Shown here piece by piece: positions 28,963 through 39,865 of a stretch of 55,307 nucleotides of DNA. The stretch is from an uncultured virus (IMG/VR IMGVR_UViG_3300029305_007860) (Duplodnaviria; Heunggongvirae; Uroviricota; Caudoviricetes). The notes below the pieces were generated by a model. That model was not told the origin of the DNA, did no database searches, and worked only from the letters and a program-made list of their open reading frames with translations. The DNA lies in the IMG/VR virus record IMGVR_UViG_3300029305_007860. One strand, given 5' to 3'. Numbering within the stretch: position 1 is the first letter of the stretch; each line of letters opens with the position of its first letter. The translations under genes were made by a program, and so were the position numbers.

Positions 28963-29112
28963 ATCTCTTAATTATACCATATTTTGTACTCATTTCTTGA
29001 CAAACGTCAAAATATCGTGTATAAATATAAAAAAGACACAAAAGGCTTAACCTACCTTCTTGTGTTCCTCAACAAATCACTAAAATAAACAAATAATAGG
29101 AGTATAGTCATA

Positions 29113-30171
29113 ATGTTTGATTATTTTCATTACGATGACTGCGAACAGTTCGCATTTTATCGTATTCCCAAAATGTTTGTAAAAGAACCAAAATTTAAAT
29201 CATTATCAGCCAATGCAAAGTTGTTGTATGGGCTTTTTCTTGACCGGATGAGTTTATCTAGAAAAAACAACTGGTTAGACGAAAACGGTCATGTCTACAT
29301 ATATTACACTATTACTGATATTATGGATGATTTAGACTGCGGAAAAGAAACCGCGGTTAAAATTGTTGACGAATTAAAAAAAATAGGTCTTATCGAAAAG
29401 AAGAGGCAAGGGCAGGGTAAACCATCTATTATTTATGTTAAGAATTTTTCCTCTTTTTCAAATCCTGATAAAGAGGACGGTGTTATATCTCAGGAACCTT
29501 CGGATTCAAAAAAAACAGCTGAATCCCTTGAAAATACTTTGAAGTCGGAAAAACCGACTTCTAGAAGTTCGCTCCAAATTTTTTCAGAAGTCGGAAAAAC
29601 CGACTTCATGATTTCGGAAAAACCGACTTCTAGAAGTTCGAAAGCCGATATTCAAAAAGTCGGAAAAACCGACTCTAATTATAATAATATAAATAATACT
29701 GATATTAGTGATAATAATATTAACTATACTGAGTATCTATCCTCCATCCATCCTTCTCAAACTAGTAATGCCTTTTTTATTCAAAAAAATCCGGATGAAA
29801 AGATGGATAGATATTCAGAAATAGTTGACATGGTCAAACAAAATATATGTTATGATTCACTGGTTAATATATATAAGTTCCCTACATCTAAAAGAATTAT
29901 AGACGGTATTGTTAATATAATAGCAGATATTTTGGCATTTGAAAAAGATTATGTATTTATTGAAAAGACCAAATACCCTTATTCATTAGTTAAAGATAAA
30001 TTTTCACAGCTCGAATATGAACATATTGATTACATATTAAAATCTTTAGAAAATAGTAAGACAAAAATAGTGAACACTAAAGCTTACCTGATTACGGCTC
30101 TTTATAATTCCATTGATACTTTGGATTTATATTATCAAAATGATATAAGCTCTGCGGACACGGACGAGTAG
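29113..30171 (+). CDS. repA: Replication initiator, RepA_N family
   Basis: FYRIPK, AKLLYGLFLDRMSLSRKNNWLDENGHVY, KRQGQGKP; promoter TTGACA (28997)-17-TATAAA. Confidence 0.9.
   Translation: MFDYFHYDDCEQFAFYRIPKMFVKEPKFKSLSANAKLLYGLFLDRMSLSRKNNWLDENGHVYIYYTITDIMDDLDCGKETAVKIVDELKKIGLIEKKRQGQGKPSIIYVKNFSSFSNPDKEDGVISQEPSDSKKTAESLENTLKSEKPTSRSSLQIFSEVGKTDFMISEKPTSRSSKADIQKVGKTDSNYNNINNTDISDNNINYTEYLSSIHPSQTSNAFFIQKNPDEKMDRYSEIVDMVKQNICYDSLVNIYKFPTSKRIIDGIVNIIADILAFEKDYVFIEKTKYPYSLVKDKFSQLEYEHIDYILKSLENSKTKIVNTKAYLITALYNSIDTLDLYYQNDISSADTDE
29541..29674. repeat. Intragenic iterons (predicted oriV) of the RepA_N replicon
   Basis: (GAAG)TCGGAAAAACCGACT at 29541, 29587, 29614, 29657, followed by an AT-rich tract. 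Confidence 0.8.
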
Positions 30172-30347
30172 TTATAAATTTAAGCTCCACCTTAAAAGGG
30201 TGGAGTTTTTTGATTCATATTTATATAAAGGGTATAAGCAATAAAAATATTTTTAATAAACCAAAGATATTAAAAATAAGACAAAATAATGGTAAAAAAT
30301 TCAACACAAAATACTAAAATTTAATAAAGATATTGTTATTTTTATGA

Positions 30348-33300
30348 TTGTGTGTTATTTTTGTTATTAAATTAATTTTATCTAAAAATAATGAAAGGAG
30401 AAGTTATTATATATTAATAACTAAAATAACAATGATAACAAAGTCTTTGGTTTTTACCAGCTGTTTAATATTGGCTACGGTATCCATTCCGTATCCTTCG
30501 TTTTCCCCTTTATATAAAAATGAGTTATCCGGGAAAGAGATATTTGGTACTACTGAAAAAATTATAATTGAATCCTCAGAACAAGGAGATATAATTACTA
30601 GAGATGATTCTGAAACTATTGAGGATAATTATGATTCTACAGAGTTAACTTATGATAATTACGAAAATAATGAAAAATATCCCGTATATATATCTACTCC
30701 TTCAGATACAGAGTATAGTTCTTCTGAAGTGGAATTATTAGAGCCTTTTTTTGAATATAGCGGTATTATAACACAAATAGAAGATGCTCAGGTTGTGAAA
30801 GAGTCAGATAATATTACATATGATATATATTCGCAAGATGATTTTAATAATCTAATTTCTGGTGCTACAGATTCTGAAAATTGGGATTCTCAAATATACA
30901 AAGGAACAAAAAATCTAATACTCAATATTAACTGTGATATTGATATGTCTACATATTCTTCTATATCTTCTAGTTCTAATACATCATTACTGATAAATGG
31001 AAATAATTTTTGTGTTTCTGGTGGAACAGAAGTAATTTTTGCTGATTTCAATAGTATTAAGATTTCAGATATACAGGTTAATAATACTACTGTGAAACTA
31101 AAAAACTCTGATATTGCCAGAATAGAAAACATAGTATTTAATTCTTCTAAATTAAACACTATAGACATTGAACTATTGACCGTATATGGTTCTTCTATAT
31201 CTTCTGCTGATATATTTGACATATCAGGGAATATAACATTTGATACCTGTTCGTTTTCAAATGCTGATAATTTTATAACTATGAAATCAGCTGGAAGTGT
31301 GTGTAAGTTTAATAGTTGTACGATAAATCCAAGCGGTACCGCTGGTTTTGTATGTAATAATAATGCTTCGGTAGGATATGAGTTTGACTCTTGTACCGGA
31401 AGTTTTGAGGCAGAAACAGGCGGTCTGATTAATACAAGTACAGCATGTTCATATATAACTATTACTAATAGTGATTTTACTAAATGTGGAAATATCTTAC
31501 AAAAACAGTCCGGAACCATCTGTTCAGGAGATATTACTATATCAAATAGTGATTTTACTGAATGTGTTGGCACGTTTTTAAATATGTCACAGTCTGCTAC
31601 AGGAAGTACAGACCATATTATTTCAAACTCTACGTTTTCCTTAGATGAATCCGTTGTTAATACCGGAACATATGGGTTTATTATTAATTATATCGGTGGT
31701 CTTGAGTTTACAGATGTTACTATATCAGGATTTGAGACAGCGATAGACCATCAGTATTCAGGTGGAAAATGTGTATTAACCAGAGTTACGGTAAATGGTG
31801 CTAAGTATGGATTAAATAAGACGGTAACTACACCTACAGACATTAGAAACTGTACATTTTCCGGAGATGGCTCAGATGGTTCAAAGGGAGTATTAGTGTC
31901 TGGTGCCGGTTATAATGAATCTACTGGAGAAGCAGAAGTTCAGATGCTCAATTCGTGTGTTACTGGATTTGATTGGGCGGTTGATTGTAAAGGTTATACA
32001 TTTCTTGTAAAAAATTCGGAAATAAAAGAGTGTAATAAAGGACTTTTTGCAAGTAATCAATCAGGTATGTTTTATATTATAGACTCAACTGTTACAGCAA
32101 AAGAAAACGCCTCAAGTGATTCCTTTGGTATTTACAGTGGTATGGGCGGAGTTCATTGTGCTGATACTGTTATAACAGGATTTAATACAGGTGTGGGAAA
32201 TATATCTCCACAAGGAAATTACTCGGGTCAGTTATCTTTGGTTGGATGTGAGCTTGATAACAAAGATACTAATGTATTAGCATATGGCGGTTATATTTAT
32301 AATTGTAAATTAGTAGGGGCTACTTACGGTGTTAAATCAAAATCTCATGTAAATATATTTGATTCATACATAGAAGGTAAGGGGAATACTGAAGGAATAG
32401 GAATTTCTGAACACGATAATACATCAGTTATAAATTTATCTTCTTATGGAAAAGTAAAACAGCCACCTTATAATTCCAATACTTCTTTTGATTTGGTAAG
32501 GTCTTGGTCTGATAAGGAAATAATGTATGAGGGTGTAACCGTTAATAACTTTAAGAGTGGTATTGAATATACTACATCTCCAACGTTATATATGTATTAC
32601 GCTAATATACATTCTTGTGATACTGGTATAAATAATAATAATTCAATATATGTTAATGCAAGTAATGTATATAACTGTTCAACAGGAATGAAAACTATAA
32701 GCTTATATCCAGAGGTAAACGGTATTACTGTTTATAATTGTAGTCTTGCTATTACAGATGAAAACAAAGCTGGTAATATAAGTGTATCGACATCTGACAC
32801 TCCTCATATTGTTATTCATGATTGTGATAAGGGTATTGAATGGTCCGGAAACATGACTACTCCATACATTAAGATATATAATGTAAGTGGAGATGGTGTT
32901 ACTTTAAATGGAGCATCTAAGACTGCAAGAATAGCGTTAAATTGCTATGATAATGGTGGAAAGAATATAGTTAATAATGGTTCTATACTATACCTTTATG
33001 GAACTGGTAGCTCATTAAAGAGTGAAGATGGTTCTAATGTGTATTTAGAAGGAGAGATGTATATTGAACATAAAGATTTAATATCAGATGATGCAGTATA
33101 TTATCTTTCTCCGGGAGCTATTATAAAATATACGCCTGATGACTTAAACCTTGATGGAGTTATGAATTTCGACTTTGAAGATAATGATTATACTGAGGGG
33201 CGTGAAATTATGTATGGTTATTATGATGCTTTATCAGATGGTTGTATTAAAAATAAATTCTTAACTAATAAGGAAGGCTGGATAGTTGATACAAAAAGTA

Positions 33301-34547
33301 TTACTCCTGTAAGAGTTGGGGCGTGTGATACCGCTTTGGTTCTTACTGAAGGTTGTATAGTAACCTATGATTACGCCGAAAACGGTGGTAATAGCGTAAA
33401 TACTTCAGAAAAACAGCAATATAAAAAGGATTCATCTATAGACCTTACACCTGTGGCTACTAAAACAGGATATGAATTTATTGGTTGGAACACAGATAAG
33501 GATGCAACTGTGGGATTAACTTCGTTAAATGCAGGAACATCTAATATTACTTTATATGCTATTTATAAAAAGGATGTAACTATTACATATCATACATATG
33601 ATGATACTCTTACATATGATGATGTGGTCACATTCTATAATAAGCAATCATCAAAAACTATGACTCTTCTTGAGTATGACAGTGAACAGTATCCATTATA
33701 TAACTTCTCAGGATATGTGTTAGATGATAGTGCTATTATAAGTGATGAAGACGGCTTATACGCTCCAAAGACATCTGTTAATATCCTTATTACACAGACT
33801 GATGTGTATTGCGTATATAAATTTGAAGGAACTCTTACTTATAAGGATAGAAATGGGGAACAAATAAAGGCGGTCAACGACTCATATTACCGTGTATCGT
33901 CGGATATTGAAGACTTAATTTATTCTTATGTACTGGAAAATAAAACAACTGATACGGGTTATGAGTTTATAGCATGGAAGGATTCAGATGGAAATATTTA
34001 TAAGCCGGGAACAGACTATAATACGTTAAAAAATGCTGATGTACTTACTGCTGTAGAAAATCCAATTTTGGTTAAGTCCATCGAAGTGACTCCTGAAGTA
34101 GCGGAAATTAATATTGGAGAGGATATTCAATTATCTGTATCCGTATTACCTGATGACGCATTAAATAAGTCCGTTATATGGTACTCGGAAAATACATCTA
34201 TTGCAACGGTTGATGAAAATGGTTTGGTAAAAGGTGTAAAAGAGGGAACTGTGAAAATATACGCTAAAACAACGGATGGAAGCGAGCTTTCTGACTTCTC
34301 TACGATTACAGTTATAAAACAGGAGGAACCTGAAGAACCAGAGACTCCGGAAGAACCAGAAGAACCCGAAGAACCTCAATCTCCACCCTCAGATGTGGTT
34401 CCACCATCGGATACGCCATCAAATACTCCGGTTGATACTCCTGATTCTCCGGTTACGGGAGATAACGGTGTTCCAGTTAAAGCCTTAGGATTATGTAGCT
34501 TAACTGGATTATTAATGTTGTATTTGAAAAAAAGAAAAATCGTATAA
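30348..34547 (+). CDS. Large sortase-anchored surface protein (adhesin-like)
   Basis: Beta-helix-like repeats; InlB-B-like TKTGYEFIGWN; Big_2-like domain; EPE/Pro linker; SPVTG plus TM plus KKRK; true start probably near 30410-30432. Confidence 0.85.
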   Translation: MCVIFVIKLILSKNNERRSYYILITKITMITKSLVFTSCLILATVSIPYPSFSPLYKNELSGKEIFGTTEKIIIESSEQGDIITRDDSETIEDNYDSTELTYDNYENNEKYPVYISTPSDTEYSSSEVELLEPFFEYSGIITQIEDAQVVKESDNITYDIYSQDDFNNLISGATDSENWDSQIYKGTKNLILNINCDIDMSTYSSISSSSNTSLLINGNNFCVSGGTEVIFADFNSIKISDIQVNNTTVKLKNSDIARIENIVFNSSKLNTIDIELLTVYGSSISSADIFDISGNITFDTCSFSNADNFITMKSAGSVCKFNSCTINPSGTAGFVCNNNASVGYEFDSCTGSFEAETGGLINTSTACSYITITNSDFTKCGNILQKQSGTICSGDITISNSDFTECVGTFLNMSQSATGSTDHIISNSTFSLDESVVNTGTYGFIINYIGGLEFTDVTISGFETAIDHQYSGGKCVLTRVTVNGAKYGLNKTVTTPTDIRNCTFSGDGSDGSKGVLVSGAGYNESTGEAEVQMLNSCVTGFDWAVDCKGYTFLVKNSEIKECNKGLFASNQSGMFYIIDSTVTAKENASSDSFGIYSGMGGVHCADTVITGFNTGVGNISPQGNYSGQLSLVGCELDNKDTNVLAYGGYIYNCKLVGATYGVKSKSHVNIFDSYIEGKGNTEGIGISEHDNTSVINLSSYGKVKQPPYNSNTSFDLVRSWSDKEIMYEGVTVNNFKSGIEYTTSPTLYMYYANIHSCDTGINNNNSIYVNASNVYNCSTGMKTISLYPEVNGITVYNCSLAITDENKAGNISVSTSDTPHIVIHDCDKGIEWSGNMTTPYIKIYNVSGDGVTLNGASKTARIALNCYDNGGKNIVNNGSILYLYGTGSSLKSEDGSNVYLEGEMYIEHKDLISDDAVYYLSPGAIIKYTPDDLNLDGVMNFDFEDNDYTEGREIMYGYYDALSDGCIKNKFLTNKEGWIVDTKSITPVRVGACDTALVLTEGCIVTYDYAENGGNSVNTSEKQQYKKDSSIDLTPVATKTGYEFIGWNTDKDATVGLTSLNAGTSNITLYAIYKKDVTITYHTYDDTLTYDDVVTFYNKQSSKTMTLLEYDSEQYPLYNFSGYVLDDSAIISDEDGLYAPKTSVNILITQTDVYCVYKFEGTLTYKDRNGEQIKAVNDSYYRVSSDIEDLIYSYVLENKTTDTGYEFIAWKDSDGNIYKPGTDYNTLKNADVLTAVENPILVKSIEVTPEVAEINIGEDIQLSVSVLPDDALNKSVIWYSENTSIATVDENGLVKGVKEGTVKIYAKTTDGSELSDFSTITVIKQEEPEEPETPEEPEEPEEPQSPPSDVVPPSDTPSNTPVDTPDSPVTGDNGVPVKALGLCSLTGLLMLYLKKRKIV

Positions 34548-34798
34548 TATATGTCAGCTATAAATATATAATAACATATATCAGAAGAAAAAAGGTATGT
34601 AAATAACATTTTATATGCCTTTTTTTCTTCTGATATTTTTAATTTATTAAATATAATAATATATATCATTTATAATAATATTAAAATCATATATATATAA
34701 CAGTATTTTATTAAAAAAAATTATTATAATATTGCATTTAGTAACAGATTGTGACATAATTAACTTTACAGAAAATTTGATGTAAGGGGGTATATAAG

Positions 34799-36271
34799 TT
34801 GATAAGAGTATGTCTTGCCGTTGGAAATAACGCTGTTGAAAAATGGCTTGAAGAAAAACTTTCGGAATATTGCGATTTTGTTGGAACTGCATTACATAAA
34901 GGACAAATATTACAGCTTATAAACCAAACAACTCCTGATGTATTAATTTTAGATATTTCTCTTCCTACAGATAAAATAAATGGTATTTCTTTAGACTTAC
35001 TTGTTCATAAAATTAAATCTACATTTCCTGCGTGTAGAATAATCTTAATAGCTGGTGATAGGAGTCCGGGAGATGAATTATTAACTAGAATGGTTAATAA
35101 AGGAGTTTATGATATTGTATGTGGAAGTCCTGTTCGAATTCAAGATGTATGCGACATGATATTTAATCCAAAGGGATATTCGTATGGGGCAAGTTTATTA
35201 CAAATTTATGAAGAAATTTCAGATAATACGTTAGGGATAGAAGATGTTGAAATTATTGAAGAAAAATCAAATTTTCAAGAAAAAGAAAACAAAATAGAGA
35301 GAAATATGGGGTCGGGAGATACTTCTGTTTTATACTCACAAAATTCAATAAATACGAATTCTGATGATGAGGATTTAAATTTAAGTACATATAAAGGGAT
35401 AATCTTTTATGCTGATTCAGGAAATAATCAGTTGGTTTTGTCTAATAAGAAACCTATAACTGATTACAAAAAAACAGATTATAATAACAATTTTTCGTAT
35501 AATCATAGATTTGATAAAAATGGAAAGCTTCTTGTTTTTGCTTCGGCAAGGGATGGAGTAGGATGTACTTCGTCAGCGATAAATACCGCGTATGCGTTTG
35601 CGGATATGAAAAAAACAGTACTTCTTATTGATTTATCTTTTTCTAATTGTATTTATCAAAGGTTAGGACTGCCTGAAAATTATGGTTATACATTAGAGGA
35701 TGCAGTACGAGGTTTGATAAATAAACAAGATATATCGAATATTCCTCTTACTAAATTTAAAATTCCTAATAATATAGGAGAACATATTAATTGTGTTCCA
35801 GAATATCTCTCTTTTTTAAGTGTATCCGAAACATTTAATTACTACGATGAGCTACTACATATTATTGATGTTATTAATTTTTATAAACATTTATATGATT
35901 ACATAATTATTGACACTAGTCTTAATTATCTAACTTTTCCTGTTGTAAGGGATATTTTTGGAGTTGCTGATAAATATATCTTTGTAACAAGTCAAGATAT
36001 ATTTGATATTAACAGACTTTATAATTCTTTAGATATTTGTAAAAACACAATAAGTATGTATCAACGATATATCCTTTTAGTTAATAAGTACATAAAAAGA
36101 GGAGAACCTAAATTAGATACTATATCAAAGGTATTTAATGCTTCTCATACTATTTATACTCCAGAGGATTCTTATGAATATATGAGAGGGTATTCAAGTG
36201 CCAGAGCGTATTATACCTTGTCTAAATCTAATATAAAACAGATTTATAAAAATATTATAAATTTGATTTAG
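34799..36271 (+). CDS. Receiver domain fused to a MinD/ParA-like ATPase (CpaE/TadZ-like)
   Basis: PDVLILDISLP receiver; deviant Walker A SARDGVGCTS; VLLIDL, YDYIIIDT. Confidence 0.75.
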   Translation: MIRVCLAVGNNAVEKWLEEKLSEYCDFVGTALHKGQILQLINQTTPDVLILDISLPTDKINGISLDLLVHKIKSTFPACRIILIAGDRSPGDELLTRMVNKGVYDIVCGSPVRIQDVCDMIFNPKGYSYGASLLQIYEEISDNTLGIEDVEIIEEKSNFQEKENKIERNMGSGDTSVLYSQNSINTNSDDEDLNLSTYKGIIFYADSGNNQLVLSNKKPITDYKKTDYNNNFSYNHRFDKNGKLLVFASARDGVGCTSSAINTAYAFADMKKTVLLIDLSFSNCIYQRLGLPENYGYTLEDAVRGLINKQDISNIPLTKFKIPNNIGEHINCVPEYLSFLSVSETFNYYDELLHIIDVINFYKHLYDYIIIDTSLNYLTFPVVRDIFGVADKYIFVTSQDIFDINRLYNSLDICKNTISMYQRYILLVNKYIKRGEPKLDTISKVFNASHTIYTPEDSYEYMRGYSSARAYYTLSKSNIKQIYKNIINLI

Positions 36272-36285
36272 AAAGGAGGATATAT

Positions 36286-37401
36286 ATGTCTACAGAATAT
36301 AATTTATCTGATGATTCTTATAACCCTCCTATTGATATTGTTAAAACAACTCAAAATAAGAATAAGGTCTATAAGAAAAAAACTAAAAATTCACCTTTAG
36401 ATGATGTTGTAAATGAGATTTTACAAGAAAAAAAAGATAATAACTACTCTATTATAGTTGAATATTCAGATGAGGAATATGAATGTTTATTTAATAAAGC
36501 TAACTCTCTGTGGGATGAGTTAGCAGAAATTGATAAAAAAGCATTTGATAATGATAAACAAATATTTATTCTTATTTATTTGTTTTCTGAAGCGTTTATA
36601 TATGAACAAAAACAAAAACAAGTGTTTTATGGTGCTTCAGAATCAAAAATAAGTGGAAGAAATATTTATTCTATTTCATATACAGAGTATATGTCTTATT
36701 CTGACAGAATTAATAATGGTTATTTTACAATGTCAGAAAAAAATAGAATTATGGAAAAAATGTTTCCGCTTTCTCAATCTATTTATCGCAAATATGTCCC
36801 GGGAGATGATTGTTTTGTTGGTCCTTACAATAAAGAGGATATTAGGGAGGCTATATATTTAGGAATTACAAAAGCAATGAATTCATATGTTGCTTTCAAT
36901 GAAAAAACAAAAGTAAGTTTTTCTTCTTGGGCGTATACATGTATGAATAATGCATGTATAGATACTCTTAAGTACTTTAAATCTAAGAAGAATAATGCAA
37001 AAGTCGAGTCTTTAGATGATACTGGGTCAATAAATAATGGGAATTCAGATAATAATAGTGAAAAAACGCTGGGCGATAAGATTTCAACAAATACATATGG
37101 CGAGGATTTTAATAATATTACAGATAATCTTGATAGAAAAGAGTTTGTGGAACAAATATTTACGAATATGCTTTTTGAAGGAGAAGAGAAGGTAGTAAAA
37201 ACAGAAATAATTATTTTAAAAGCGTATTTTGGGTTTTTATCTGGTGAAACTCAGACATTATTAAATATATCAAATATGCTTAATATGAAACTTGATAAAG
37301 TAAAACAATATTTTTCGAGCGGAAAAGAACGACTTATAAAAACTGTTTATAAGATGGGATATACAAAAGATGAAGTAGTTCAACTTTTTTTCTCTGAATA
37401 G
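36286..37401 (+). CDS. Sigma-70 family RNA polymerase sigma factor (alternative)
   Basis: Region 2-like EDIREAIYLGITKAMNSY...FSSWAYTCMNNACIDTLK; SLDD; region 4-like ILKAYFG...TLLNISNMLNMKLDKVKQ. Confidence 0.75.
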   Translation: MSTEYNLSDDSYNPPIDIVKTTQNKNKVYKKKTKNSPLDDVVNEILQEKKDNNYSIIVEYSDEEYECLFNKANSLWDELAEIDKKAFDNDKQIFILIYLFSEAFIYEQKQKQVFYGASESKISGRNIYSISYTEYMSYSDRINNGYFTMSEKNRIMEKMFPLSQSIYRKYVPGDDCFVGPYNKEDIREAIYLGITKAMNSYVAFNEKTKVSFSSWAYTCMNNACIDTLKYFKSKKNNAKVESLDDTGSINNGNSDNNSEKTLGDKISTNTYGEDFNNITDNLDRKEFVEQIFTNMLFEGEEKVVKTEIIILKAYFGFLSGETQTLLNISNMLNMKLDKVKQYFSSGKERLIKTVYKMGYTKDEVVQLFFSE

Positions 37402-37419
37402 TCGTTTTACTATTATGTA
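37402..37419 (+). promoter_or_regulatory. CGTTTTACTA element (no hairpin) heading the T4SS operon
   Basis: TCGTTTTACTATTATGTA directly after the sigma stop codon. Confidence 0.8.
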
Positions 37420-37455
37420 TCTATTTTTATGTTTTTATAAAAGGAGGAAGAAAAA

Positions 37456-37944
37456 ATGAATAATTTAGGATTAAAAAAACGTATTATGGTATTTCTATTT
37501 GGAACGTTATTATCGGTTCCTGCTATTCCGTGTAATAACATTTATGCTATGGCTGAGCCTGTATCTGTAGTAAAAAATACAGATGTAGATGTAGATTTAA
37601 CTACAGAAAGTACAACAGAAGATACAGGAACAGATATTAACGATTTAAATGTAACTATGATTAATGGTCAAATAGTTACTTCTTTTGATGATAATGGTGA
37701 TTCTGAACAGACATGGACAACAATTTTTAATAAATATAAAGGTGTTATTCTAGGTATATCAGGTATTGTCACTTTGACATTTGTTTTAATTCTTCTGTTT
37801 AAGTTTGGTAAATTGGGTGCGGCTGGAGATAATCCAAACCTTAGACGAGAAGCTATAAATGGATGCTTATGGGCTGGAATTGCGGCGGCGTTGAGTGGTT
37901 CAGTTATGCTTATAACAGGATTATTTTGGAACGCATTTAAATAA
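37456..37944 (+). CDS. Pilin-like (VirB2/TrbC-like) membrane protein
   Basis: Signal peptide; two TM helices around GDNPNLRREA. Confidence 0.6.
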   Translation: MNNLGLKKRIMVFLFGTLLSVPAIPCNNIYAMAEPVSVVKNTDVDVDLTTESTTEDTGTDINDLNVTMINGQIVTSFDDNGDSEQTWTTIFNKYKGVILGISGIVTLTFVLILLFKFGKLGAAGDNPNLRREAINGCLWAGIAAALSGSVMLITGLFWNAFK

Positions 37945-38014
37945 TCAAAATACTTAAATACTTAAATATATTAAATACTTATCTCAAACACGTTATTTGT
38001 TTTAGGAGGCTTCT

Positions 38015-38371
38015 ATGAAAAAAATAATTTATCAACTTAATAATACATTAAATAGTGTTTTTATAGAAGTTACTCCTAATGGTGATGATGCCGGGAATAT
38101 TGGTTCCAATGGAACAGGATGGGACGAGTTTTCTATTATGTTTAATGATATATTACAAAAATATCATAATATTATTGCAGGAGTTTTTGGGATTCTTACT
38201 TTAACATTAGTTTTAGTGGTTATGTATTTTTTTACAGTTTTAGGTGCTTCTGGAGATAAACCACTAGAAAGAACAAGAGCTATAAGTAGAATAATTGTTT
38301 GTTTTGTAGTTATTGCGTTGTTCGGAAGTATTAGTTTATTTTTTGCATTGTTTTGGGGATTATTTAAGTAA
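38015..38371 (+). CDS. Pilin-like (VirB2/TrbC-like) membrane protein
   Basis: Two TM helices around GDKPLERTRA; paralog of the preceding gene. Confidence 0.6.
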   Translation: MKKIIYQLNNTLNSVFIEVTPNGDDAGNIGSNGTGWDEFSIMFNDILQKYHNIIAGVFGILTLTLVLVVMYFFTVLGASGDKPLERTRAISRIIVCFVVIALFGSISLFFALFWGLFK

Positions 38372-38386
38372 GAGGGAGAATAAATC

Positions 38387-38707
38387 ATGAATGATTCTTA
38401 TACTATGCCTCCTGATACTAATGAAAAAGAGAAAATCATTGGAGGTATCTTTACAATAACACAGTTTGGTTGGATAGTAGGGGGTATTGTTATCTTTGCA
38501 ATACTTGTATTATCTCTGTTTCGTTTTATAGGTTTTTTTTCAATAATATTAGGACTTTTTTTTGTTGTTGTCGGATTTATTTTAGCAACAAAAAAGATTA
38601 ATGAAATACCTCTTCCTAAATATTTAAGGTTAAGACGTAAATACAAGAATAAAACAAAAAAATATATTAATAAAGGTGTTCATTCAAGCCTTGAATTTTC
38701 TGAATAA
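38387..38707 (+). CDS. PrgI family (VirB3-like) protein
   Basis: PPDTNEKEKIIGGIFTITQ followed by two TM helices; upstream of VirB4. Confidence 0.8.
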   Translation: MNDSYTMPPDTNEKEKIIGGIFTITQFGWIVGGIVIFAILVLSLFRFIGFFSIILGLFFVVVGFILATKKINEIPLPKYLRLRRKYKNKTKKYINKGVHSSLEFSE

Positions 38708-38723
38708 GATGGAGGAAGCGAAT

Positions 38724-39853
38724 ATGGGAATAAGGATATTAGTCTGTTTTGTTGCAATTATAGTTATTTGTGTGGTTGTTTTACTTATTTTGTTAGTGGT
38801 TAACCCAGATATATTTTCTAAAAATAAAAAAATAGATGGAGAAATAATATCATCTGAAGATAAGGAATCTAAAATTATTCAGGATGATTTTCAGAAGAGT
38901 GATACTAAGGATTTTTTGATATTTAAGGAATTAGATGATTATTCTATGGACTTAGGAAATCATAATTATAGAGGAATAGTTGAAGTTTCTTCTGTTAATT
39001 ATCTTCTATGAGCGATACAGAAAGGAAAATGGTTGATTTAGGATTTCAAAAATTTCTTAATTCTTTAAATTTCCCAATAGAAGTGTTTATACAAACGAGA
39101 GAATTTGACGGAGAAATAGTTGTAGAAAATTTACATAATAATATTAATAATACTTCCAAAAGATTCCCGAGCATTATGTCATATGCAAATGAATATGAGA
39201 AGGCAATGTCTTCGATTACAGAATATATTAACAATTCAAAAATAAAGAAAAAATATATAATAGTTTCTTATAATAATACAGACTTTTCCGATGTATCAGC
39301 ATTAACTAATTATGAAATTAAGCAATTTGCATTAGATGAATTACTTACAAGGTGTAATATTGTCGCATCTGGGCTTACTGGAGTGGGGCTTGATGTAAAA
39401 TTGCTTCGTAAGCCAGAAATTGCAGAGTGCTTATTTTCTTTTTATCATAGAAGCTATTACAGGCTTGCAAAAGATATAGCTGTAGGGTGGTATGATTCTC
39501 TTGTTGTAGATAGAGATAGTCAACTTAGAGTTTCTAATAGGGAAACGTTAGACACGATATTATTAACAGCTCAAAATCAAATAAAATCTCTTATTACAGC
39601 AGATTGTGATAATAAGGTTCTTGAATTTTACAGATATATATGGCAGGTTCTTGAATATTTTAAACAGGATGATAGGAGTTCTTATATTAGAGATTTATTA
39701 GAAAGTAGTATGGAAAAAGCTTATGAAAATGGATATGAACAAGAATATTATTCTTATATAAATAACAATCAAGAAAAGTTAAAATATACCAATTTTGATA
39801 ACCCTGATGATAGAGATGACATATCTGTACGATATGAGAATTATAATAGGTAA
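38724..39853 (+). pseudogene. T4SS accessory protein split by an apparent 1-nt frameshift (38724..39011 and 39008..39853)
   Basis: EVSSVNYLL joined to MSDTERKMV..FLNSLNFPIEVFIQTR reads as one continuous motif; could instead be two coupled genes. Confidence 0.55.
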
Positions 39854-39865
39854 GGAGATAGAGTT

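Noticed and set aside
37402..37419. CGTTTTACTA element as a sporulation sigma -10 (CATAnTA on the minus strand) or a plain sigmaA -10
   Set aside because: The minus-strand reading points away from every downstream gene; the sigmaA reading lacks a -35 and the final T is not conserved; an activator-dependent sigmaA promoter is not fully excluded
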